The notes beneath the pieces are model-generated. The model was not told where the DNA came from, did no database searches, and worked only from the letters and a program-made list of their open reading frames with translations. From Ignavibacteriota bacterium (GTDB lineage: Bacteria > Bacteroidota > Ignavibacteria > UBA10030 > UBA6906): a DNA stretch of 64,000 nucleotides. The stretch spans positions 2,720,001-2,784,000 of the forward strand of contig CAWDEM010000008.1 of NCBI GenBank assembly GCA_963801355.1, written 5' to 3'. The translations under genes and the position numbers were made by a program. The stretch's first letter is position 1. Each line of letters opens with the position of its first letter. Below, piece after piece: positions 56,775-64,000 of this stretch.

Positions 56775-57610
56775 AAGGCGACCGATAGTGTGATTGATCC
56801 GCGAATTTCATTGTGCAGCAGCGCACGCGCCACCGTGTGTATGGAGAGGGCCGCCGCGGAGCGCGGGTAGCGCCGGACCAGCGGCTCCTGGTTGCGTATG
56901 GCCTCACCGGCCCGGTCATCCCGCGGAACGAACCCGGTATAACCGATGTCCCTCCGCAGAAAGTGCCGCACCGCGGCCTGGAGTTTGCCGAACGTTTCTT
57001 CCCCCTCACGCGGCGTTCGCGCGCAGTTCACCACCACACTCACCGGCTGCACCATGCCACCCAGACTGATGACCTTGACCAGTGCATACGCGTCCATGAC
57101 AGCGGTCGGCTCCGGTCCCGTCACCAGCAGAACGGTGTCCGCTTCCTCGGTGTACCGCACGATCTCGGGGGTCAGGCCGGCTGCGGTATCGATCATGAGC
57201 ACATCTGCAGGATCGTCCATCCCGAGCAGCTCTTCCACCAGCGCATGCTGCGCGTCGGCCCTGTGCAAAGGATAGTTCACATCCCCGGAGCTCCCCGCCA
57301 GCAAGCGCACACCGGTACCGAGAGACACCAGTGCATCTTCGACGTCGCACTCTGCGTGCAACACCTGGGAGAGACGGAAGCGCGGAGTCACTCCGGCCAT
57401 GATATCCAGTGCGGCAAGGTTTGCATCGGCATCGAGCAGCACCACCTTCAGTCCGAGGTCCGCAAGGACCAGTGCGGTATTGAGCGCAAGCGTGCTCTTC
57501 CCCACGCCGCCTTTGCCGCTGGTCACCGTGATCACATAGGGCCTGGGCGCACGTGCCGCCTGCGCGTATGCACCCGCAATCTGCCGCATCCGTGTCGCCT
57601 GATCATGCAT
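56771..57610 (-). CDS. flhG: MinD-like flagellar number regulator FlhG/FleN
   Basis: DQA..R N-terminal motif, TSGKGGVGKS, IDTAAG, PEPTAVMDAYALVK. Confidence 0.93.
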   Translation of the reverse strand: MHDQATRMRQIAGAYAQAARAPRPYVITVTSGKGGVGKSTLALNTALVLADLGLKVVLLDADANLAALDIMAGVTPRFRLSQVLHAECDVEDALVSLGTGVRLLAGSSGDVNYPLHRADAQHALVEELLGMDDPADVLMIDTAAGLTPEIVRYTEEADTVLLVTGPEPTAVMDAYALVKVISLGGMVQPVSVVVNCARTPREGEETFGKLQAAVRHFLRRDIGYTGFVPRDDRAGEAIRNQEPLVRRYPRSAAALSIHTVARALLHNEIRGSITLSVAL

Positions 57611-58850
57611 GGGCCGTCTCTCCCGCATAGACCATAGCGGCAAACTGGGCGGCATCGACCGTCCGTATATCATCCGGCACCGCCTGGCCGGTGGTCACGT
57701 ACGACAGCGGAATGTGATGGCGGTGCACCAGGCTGAGCAGCGGACCGTATGTGACGGCCTCATCGAGTTTCGAGAAGAGCAGCCGGTTCGGCTTCACCAC
57801 CTTGAATTGATCGATGATATCCTCCGCGGTCCTGAGATTGGTTGATGCATTCACCACGAGGTGCGTTTCATCCGGATCCGCCGCGGTCACAAACCTGGCC
57901 AGATCGGTGAGTTCCTTGCGCGAGCGTTGACTGCGTCCGACCGTATCCACAAAGACAATATCCTTCGTGCGGAACTTCCGGAGTGCCGCAGGCATTTCAG
58001 TCGGCTTATACACCACTTCCATCGGGATGTCGGCAATCCCGGCAAACGTCCTCAACTGTTCGATGGCACCGATGCGATAGGTGTCCGCCGAGATCAGTCC
58101 GACCTCCTGTCCGTTCACCAATTTGTGGATCGCCGCAAGTTTGGCGATTGTCGTGGTCTTGCCGACTCCCGTCGGGCCGACCAGGGCCACGACACGCGAT
58201 TTCTTCCTGCGCGCCCGTTCAGGACCCGCGGCGGGTATCAACCCGGCCAGTGCTGCAACGATCTGTCGTTCGAGATACTGCTTGTTGGCCATCTGTTCCT
58301 GGTTCGAGCGGGCGAGCACCGTCTGGATGACATCCACGGCGAGTTGTTCTTCAACTTCATGCTGCACCAGCCTGCTGAACGCTTTTTGCAGCGTATCCGG
58401 CAGAGCGGGCATCCGGGAATACTTGAGATGATCGACAATGGCCTTCAATGTGCCTTTGACATCTTCCATGTCGCTGCGCAGTTCCACGAACTGTCCGGGG
58501 TCCTGCGCCCGGCGGCCGGGGCGCTGCTCCTCCCTTCCGCCGCGTTCGTACCGCGACGCAATCTGCCGGAGGCCGGCGAGCGTGTCCTGCTCTTCCATCT
58601 CCTGCACACTGCGGCCGAGTTGCTGCTGGAACGCCGGTCCCGCGGAACGGGTCCGGTACGTGTTCTGCTGCCCCGGCACGATCTCGTCGATTGCCGCGGT
58701 AATTTCAAATGCGTCACGGCCGAAGATATTGAGCGGACCTCCGCGCGTGATCTTCCGGCTGCTGACGACGATCGCATCGGGTCCCAGCTCCTGCTTCATC
58801 TGTTCGGTGGCTTCCTTGAGCGTGTGCCCCACAAACTTTCTAATTCTCAT
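57603..58850 (-). CDS. flhF: SRP-type GTPase FlhF
   Basis: ELGPDAIVVS, GPTGVGKTTTIAKLAA, DTYRIGAIEQL, DTVGRS, SKLDE, TGQAVPDDI. Confidence 0.96.
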   Translation of the reverse strand: MRIRKFVGHTLKEATEQMKQELGPDAIVVSSRKITRGGPLNIFGRDAFEITAAIDEIVPGQQNTYRTRSAGPAFQQQLGRSVQEMEEQDTLAGLRQIASRYERGGREEQRPGRRAQDPGQFVELRSDMEDVKGTLKAIVDHLKYSRMPALPDTLQKAFSRLVQHEVEEQLAVDVIQTVLARSNQEQMANKQYLERQIVAALAGLIPAAGPERARRKKSRVVALVGPTGVGKTTTIAKLAAIHKLVNGQEVGLISADTYRIGAIEQLRTFAGIADIPMEVVYKPTEMPAALRKFRTKDIVFVDTVGRSQRSRKELTDLARFVTAADPDETHLVVNASTNLRTAEDIIDQFKVVKPNRLLFSKLDEAVTYGPLLSLVHRHHIPLSYVTTGQAVPDDIRTVDAAQFAAMVYAGETAHA

Positions 58851-60936
58851 ACGCTGCCTCGAGTTTACCTATGAATTCCACCTCGGTGTCCGGCGGCAGT
58901 TCCGTGAACGACAGCACTGCAACATCCGGAAACGATGTGTGTATCAATCGATGGAAGTACGGCCGCACCGTTGCGGCACACAGAACGATCGGGGTGATCC
59001 CGCGCGCTTTGCATACATCCCTGCTGGCGGTGAGACTGCGATGGAGCGCCTGGATGGTGTCGGGGGACAGACCGAGACTGGGGCTGCTCTCGCGCTGATT
59101 CTGAAGGGCGGACGTGATCACCTGCTCCAGCTGCGGATCCATGGCGATCACGTGAATCACCCCGCGTGCATCGCTGTACAGGCGGGCGATCGTCTGTGAA
59201 AGCGCGTGGCGCACGTATTCGGTCAGTACATCGACATTCTTCGTGACACGCGAGTAGTCGGCGAGGGACTCAAGGATCGTCACCAGATCGCGTATCGGAA
59301 TACCCTCGCGCAGCAGGTTTTGCAGCACCTTCTGAATCGTCCCCGTCGGCAGCAGGTCCGTGCTGAGTTCCTCGACCACTGCAGGATAATCTTTCTTAAG
59401 ATTCTCGATGAGCTTCTTTGTTTCCTGCCGCCCGAGGATCTTATCCGCGTCTTTGCGCAATACTTCCTGCAGGTGGGTGGCGAGTACCGCCGACGGTTCG
59501 ACGACCGTGTACCCCATCAATTCCGCCCGTTCCCGGTCAGCCCCCTGGATCCAGAGTGCCGGCAACCCGAATGCCGGCTCCCGTACTTCGATTCCCGGCA
59601 CCGTGCCGTCTGCCGCCCCGGGGTTCATCGCAAGAAAACGGTCCATCACCAGCGTGCCGGTCGATGCCATATTCCCGCGGATTTTCACAACGTATTGATT
59701 GGGTCCGATCTGCAGGTTATCTCTGACCCTGACCGGCGGAATGACGATGCCGAGATCGATCGCGAGTTGACGCCGCAGGTTCGTGATGCGGGCAAAGAGA
59801 TCACCGTCCCGGGCATCATCCACCAGCGAGATGAGCCCGTACCCGATTTCCAGTTCAACGGGATCCACCTGGAGGTAGTCTTCGACTTTTTCCTCTCTTG
59901 GTGCCACTGCCGGAGCTGCCGCGGGTACAGCCGCCCGTTCATGCTGATCCTTCATCGTCACATAGCCGGCGCCGCCGGCCACCATTCCCAGCAGGAGGAA
60001 CGGCATGGTGGGAAGGCCGGGCACAATGGCGAACATGATCAGGGCGCCGGATGCAATCAGAAGGGCTTTGGGGCGTCCGAACACCTGCCCGCGGATTTCT
60101 ATGTCGAATGCATTGCCGGATGCACTGCGTGTGACAATCATGCCGGATGACACCGCCACGATCAGCGCCGGGATCTGCGTCACCAATCCGTCGCCCACGG
60201 TGAGCAGCGTGTAGGTCTCGAGCGCATCCGTCATTGTCAGGCCTCTCTGGGCGACGCCGATCACAAACCCGCCCAGGATATTCACGATGTTGATCAGCAG
60301 CCCTGCGATGGCGTCGCCTTTGACGAACTTGCTGGCTCCGTCCATGGCACCGTAGAATTCCGCCTCGCGTGCGATTTCCCGGCGGCGTTCGCGCGCCTCG
60401 TTCTCGGTGATCATCCCGGCATTCAGGTCGGCGTCAATGGCCATCTGTTTCCCCGGCATGCCGTCCAGGGTGAACCGTGCCGCCACTTCCGCAATACGTC
60501 CCGCGCCTTTGACGATCACGATAAACTGGATCAACACCAGAATCAGGAAGATGATGAACCCGACGACGTAGTTCCCTTTCACGACGAACGAACCGAACGC
60601 CGAGATGACTTCTCCCGCATAGCCGTCCCCCAGAATCAGCCGGGTCGACGCGACGTTCAGACCGAGCCGGAATATCGTAAGGATCAGCAGGAGCCCGGGG
60701 AAGACCGAAAGTTCCAGCGGATTCGTCAGGTACATCGACACCATCAGGATCAGAATTGCGACAGCGATGTTGGTCGCCAGGAGCACGTCCAGCAACGCCG
60801 GCGGCACCGGAATGATCATCAGCGCGAGGATGAGGATCACGCTGACAGCGAGCACCACGTCGGTGTTCGCGCCGATCATGCGAAGGGCCGGCATCTGGAA
60901 CAAGCTGCGGGAACGCGCTGTGACGGTGGCTTCCAT
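58840..60936 (-). CDS. flhA: Flagellar export gate FlhA
   Basis: RLGLNVASTRLIL, EVAARFTLDGMPGKQMAIDADLNAG, FYGAMDGASKFVKGDAIAG. Confidence 0.97.
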   Translation of the reverse strand: MEATVTARSRSLFQMPALRMIGANTDVVLAVSVILILALMIIPVPPALLDVLLATNIAVAILILMVSMYLTNPLELSVFPGLLLILTIFRLGLNVASTRLILGDGYAGEVISAFGSFVVKGNYVVGFIIFLILVLIQFIVIVKGAGRIAEVAARFTLDGMPGKQMAIDADLNAGMITENEARERRREIAREAEFYGAMDGASKFVKGDAIAGLLINIVNILGGFVIGVAQRGLTMTDALETYTLLTVGDGLVTQIPALIVAVSSGMIVTRSASGNAFDIEIRGQVFGRPKALLIASGALIMFAIVPGLPTMPFLLLGMVAGGAGYVTMKDQHERAAVPAAAPAVAPREEKVEDYLQVDPVELEIGYGLISLVDDARDGDLFARITNLRRQLAIDLGIVIPPVRVRDNLQIGPNQYVVKIRGNMASTGTLVMDRFLAMNPGAADGTVPGIEVREPAFGLPALWIQGADRERAELMGYTVVEPSAVLATHLQEVLRKDADKILGRQETKKLIENLKKDYPAVVEELSTDLLPTGTIQKVLQNLLREGIPIRDLVTILESLADYSRVTKNVDVLTEYVRHALSQTIARLYSDARGVIHVIAMDPQLEQVITSALQNQRESSPSLGLSPDTIQALHRSLTASRDVCKARGITPIVLCAATVRPYFHRLIHTSFPDVAVLSFTELPPDTEVEFIGKLEAAYEN

Positions 60937-60940
60937 ATGC

Positions 60941-62029
60941 TCAGTTCATTGCGTACGATGACTGCTGTTGATTCTTGAGGCGGTACACATAGGCCAGCAA
61001 CTGGGCCACCGCCTGGAACAGCTTCTCGGGTATTTCTTCGCCGATGTCGACAGACCGGTACAGTGTATGGGCGAGCGGTCGGTCTTCAATGATGGGCACC
61101 TCATGTGCGAGCGCGATTTCTTTGATTTTCACCGCAAGCAGATCCGCCCCCTTGGCCACCACGCGTGGTGCGTGCATCGTCCCCGCGGTGTACCGTAATG
61201 CAACCGCGAGGTGTGTCGGGTTGGTCACGACCACATCGGCGGTGGGCACATCCGCCATCATGCGCCGGTAAGCGATCCGCCGCTGTATGCCGCGGACCCG
61301 GCTTTTCACCATCGGGTCGCCTTCGGTGGCCTTCAGCTCTTCCTTAACCTCTTCCTTGCTCATCCGCATTTCACGCTCGTACTCGAACCGCTGGTAGAAG
61401 AAATCCAACAGGGCGATCACCAGGAACGCCAATCCGGTACGCAACCCCACGGTGAACGCCGACTGTCCGATGAATCCGAGAAGGCCCGTGATATCGCTCT
61501 GGATGAGTTCCGGACTGCCGGTGATCACATCCTGTATGGACCACCATGCCACGAGCCCGACCAGCCCCACTTTGGCAAGACTCTTGACAAGCTCGATGAG
61601 CGATCGCCGCGAGACGAGAATCTTCCTGATGCCGGTGAGCGGGTTGATCTTCTCGAAGTTCGGCCGCATCGCTTCCGGCGAATACACGAAGCCCACCTGC
61701 ACGTAGGCCACGGCGAGACCCACGCCCATGATGCCGATGATGAGCGGGGCAATCAGTGCACCCACGGTGAACATCCCCTGTGTCACCATCCCGTGGAGAT
61801 TCGACTGCGACACCGTCGCGGTCCCGGCGTGCAGCAGCGAACTCCGTACCACCTCCGCAAGTCCTCCGACCAGTGCCGTGCCGCCGAAGGAAATGATCAG
61901 GAGACCGCACAGCAGGACCACCGCGGAGTTCAACTCCACGCTCCGGGGAATTTTGCCCTTCCGCCTGGCTTCTTCGCGTTTCTTCTCGCTGGCGGGTTCG
62001 GTTTTTTCCTGATAGGATTCGTCCACCAT
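60941..62029 (-). CDS. flhB: Flagellar export switch FlhB
   Basis: EKTEPAS.KK, EGDP, VVTNPTH autocleavage motif. Confidence 0.97.
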   Translation of the reverse strand: MVDESYQEKTEPASEKKREEARRKGKIPRSVELNSAVVLLCGLLIISFGGTALVGGLAEVVRSSLLHAGTATVSQSNLHGMVTQGMFTVGALIAPLIIGIMGVGLAVAYVQVGFVYSPEAMRPNFEKINPLTGIRKILVSRRSLIELVKSLAKVGLVGLVAWWSIQDVITGSPELIQSDITGLLGFIGQSAFTVGLRTGLAFLVIALLDFFYQRFEYEREMRMSKEEVKEELKATEGDPMVKSRVRGIQRRIAYRRMMADVPTADVVVTNPTHLAVALRYTAGTMHAPRVVAKGADLLAVKIKEIALAHEVPIIEDRPLAHTLYRSVDIGEEIPEKLFQAVAQLLAYVYRLKNQQQSSYAMN

Positions 62030-62032
62030 AGT

Positions 62033-62797
62033 TTAGAGCGCCTGTATCAAGAGCACGAGATTGTCCTCGAATTGCAGCAACAGCTGCTTGAAGGCATACA
62101 CCAGAATGGGTGCAGCCGCCATCAGGACCAGGACACCCACACCGATCTTGATGGGAAAGCTGATAATGAACACGTTGACCTGAGGTGCGACCCGCGCCAG
62201 CACCGCGAGGGCGAGGTTCAGGAGAAACGAGGCCACCACCACGGGCGCCGCGCATTTCATGCCGACCACGAACACCAGCCCGCTCGCCCGCACGAACTGA
62301 TCGACCGACCCCGCCGTAATCGCCAGGCCGCCGAGCGGAACGGCGTCATAACTCAAGACCAGCGCCTGGAGGATGAACTGCGGGCCGTTCAGCAGCAAGA
62401 ACACCAGGAGCATGGTGAGATTGAGAAAGCTGCCGATGATATTGCTGGACCCGGTCTCCGGGTCAAATGCCGTTGCCAGGGAAAGCCCCAGGTCGAAGCC
62501 GATCAGCTCACCGGCCACTTGTGCCGCTGCAAAAATGAGACCGGAGGCGAAGCCTATCGCCAGTCCGGTGACGACCTCCTGCATCGCCAGCACAGCGAGG
62601 GGACCCAATGCCAGATCCACCTGGAGCCCGCGTGCATGCATCATCGGGTACAGGACGATTGCCATGAACACGCCGAGACCGACCTTCGTCTGGACCGGCA
62701 CCGCCACATGTCCCATCACCGGCGCCAGCACGATTGCGGAAGCGGTGCGCAGGAAGAGAAGCATGAACAGCACAAACTGGACGGCGTAGAGTTCCAT
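62033..62797 (-). CDS. fliR: Flagellar export FliR
   Basis: Hydrophobic; Q.AGELI...G, RVAPQVNVF...P.KI; between fliQ and flhB. Confidence 0.93.
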   Translation of the reverse strand: MELYAVQFVLFMLLFLRTASAIVLAPVMGHVAVPVQTKVGLGVFMAIVLYPMMHARGLQVDLALGPLAVLAMQEVVTGLAIGFASGLIFAAAQVAGELIGFDLGLSLATAFDPETGSSNIIGSFLNLTMLLVFLLLNGPQFILQALVLSYDAVPLGGLAITAGSVDQFVRASGLVFVVGMKCAAPVVVASFLLNLALAVLARVAPQVNVFIISFPIKIGVGVLVLMAAAPILVYAFKQLLLQFEDNLVLLIQAL

Positions 62798-62802
62798 GGC
62801 TG

Positions 62803-63072
62803 TCAGCGCCCGAGACCCGGTATGTGATTGAAGACATCCAGGGTGAACGTGATCATGACATCCATCATCCACGGCAGCGTGAGCACCGCCACGATCGCCA
62901 CGATGATGATTTTCGGTACAAAGGTCAGGGTGATTTCCTGAATCGAAGTTGCGGCCTGGAAGATGGCAATAATCAAACCGACGATCAGCGACAGCAGCAG
63001 CATCGGCGCCGACACGAGCAACGTCGTATAGAAAGCTTCTCTAAACAGATACACCACGAGTTGTTCTGTCAT
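62803..63072 (-). CDS. fliQ: Flagellar export FliQ
   Basis: GLIIAIFQAATSIQEITLTFVPK. Confidence 0.96.
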   Translation of the reverse strand: MTEQLVVYLFREAFYTTLLVSAPMLLLSLIVGLIIAIFQAATSIQEITLTFVPKIIIVAIVAVLTLPWMMDVMITFTLDVFNHIPGLGR

Positions 63073-63084
63073 TGGCCGCTCCGC

Positions 63085-63834
63085 TCAGTGGAAACTTTCA
63101 AGCAGTGATCGCACCACCAGATGCCAGCCGTCCACGAGAATGAACAAGAGGATTTTGAACGGCAGTGAAATGAGCACCGGGGGGAGCATCATCATGCCCA
63201 TGGAGAGCAGGATGCTGGAGATCACCATATCGATCACCAGGAACGGGATGAACAGCATGAAGCCGATCTGAAAGCCGATACGGAGTTCGCTCAGTGCGTA
63301 GGCGGGGATGAGCGCATGCAGCGGCACATCGTTGCGGCTTTGCGGTTTCTCCCCGTTTGCGAGTTTCACGAACAGAGAAAGATCCTCTTCGCGGGTCTGC
63401 CGCATCATAAACTCCCGCATGGGAACAACCCCTTTGTCGAAGGCTTCCTGCAGCGGCATCTTCTTGGCCAGATAGGGCTGCAGCGCCTCGTCATTCACGC
63501 GGGTCCACGTCGGCGCCATCACAAAGAACGTGAGAAACAGGGCGAGCCCGATGACAACCTGGGCGGGCGGAATTTGCTGGGTACCGAGCGCCTGCCGCAG
63601 GAAATGCAGCACGACAACGATCCGCGTAAAGGCCGTCGTCAGAATCAGTATTGCCGGCGCAAGCGAGAGAATGGTCATCAGGAAGAGTATCTGCAGGGTC
63701 ACCGACACGTCTTCCGGGCTGCTGGATTTGCCGACCTCGACCGAAAGCTTCGGCATCGGCAACACCTTGTCCTGTGCAACGGCGCTGAACGCCACCGCTC
63801 CCAGGAGAAGAACAAGGAGGAAGGTCCGCTTCAT
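63085..63834 (-). CDS. fliP: Flagellar export FliP
   Basis: TAFTRIVVVL, RQALGTQQIPP, MGMMMLPP, LPFKILLFILVDGW. Confidence 0.97.
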   Translation of the reverse strand: MKRTFLLVLLLGAVAFSAVAQDKVLPMPKLSVEVGKSSSPEDVSVTLQILFLMTILSLAPAILILTTAFTRIVVVLHFLRQALGTQQIPPAQVVIGLALFLTFFVMAPTWTRVNDEALQPYLAKKMPLQEAFDKGVVPMREFMMRQTREEDLSLFVKLANGEKPQSRNDVPLHALIPAYALSELRIGFQIGFMLFIPFLVIDMVISSILLSMGMMMLPPVLISLPFKILLFILVDGWHLVVRSLLESFH

Positions 63835-64000
63835 GCGCCGGCCTCCGACTTCTGTCTGTGGCGCATCGTGCGGAGAGTCTCCTGCAAGTAGGTCGCAAAA
63901 GGAAGGGGGGGCGCCGGTGTCACCCCTGTCTGTGCCGCCACGGCGCCCTGAAGCTCTTCGTCCGACAGTTCGGCCAACGCGTGTATACCCTGCTCGCTCG
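63831..64000 (-). CDS. fliO: C-terminal part of FliO (5' end outside the window)
   Basis: Open frame SEQGIHALAELSDEE..PFATYLQETL..* ending in an ATGA overlap with fliP; canonical position. Confidence 0.6.
   Translation of the reverse strand, partial: SEQGIHALAELSDEELQGAVAAQTGVTPAPPLPFATYLQETLRTMRHRQKSEAGA

Noticed and set aside
1-64000. rRNA, tRNA, IS/transposase, integrase or prophage genes
   Set aside because: None recognised; nearly all sequence is accounted for by protein-coding genes and short spacers.

Overview
GC-rich chromosomal window from a flagellated FCB-group bacterium, most likely Ignavibacteria-like (inferred from T9SS C-terminal domains, PorV/PorQ-family barrels and a flagellar superoperon occurring together). 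1-12.8 kb: two paralogous operons converge on one bidirectional terminator. Each ends in a large exported protein with a distinctive 'VVPNPY...[K/R]FALIK' C-terminal domain followed by its own PorV-family gene. The complete copy also carries a TonB-dependent receptor (no SusD), an FG-GAP T9SS protein and an SSS symporter, and is the best candidate for an undescribed uptake/surface system. 12.9-32 kb: a probably leaderless DUF5674 two-gene module, a frameshifted T9SS cargo gene, a short asparaginase, Lia-like membrane genes behind an ECF-type promoter, pbpC plus alpha-2-macroglobulin, a GH38, a class V aminotransferase, a REP-like cluster, an EamA gene with no canonical start, ppk2, udk and a heptamer tandem array. 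32-42 kb: argCJBRGH and divergent argD with tandem ARG boxes, then nfnAB. 42-64 kb: flagellar superoperon from fliO (partial) to csrA with unusual members (FlgL carrying an FlgE-D2-like insert, FlgJ-SLT fusion, AMIN/SwrB-like protein, FlgV-like protein, HDOD plus orphan GAF kinase, no flgM). No rRNA, tRNA, CRISPR array or transposase was recognised. All family calls come from motif recognition by eye; no database search was run.
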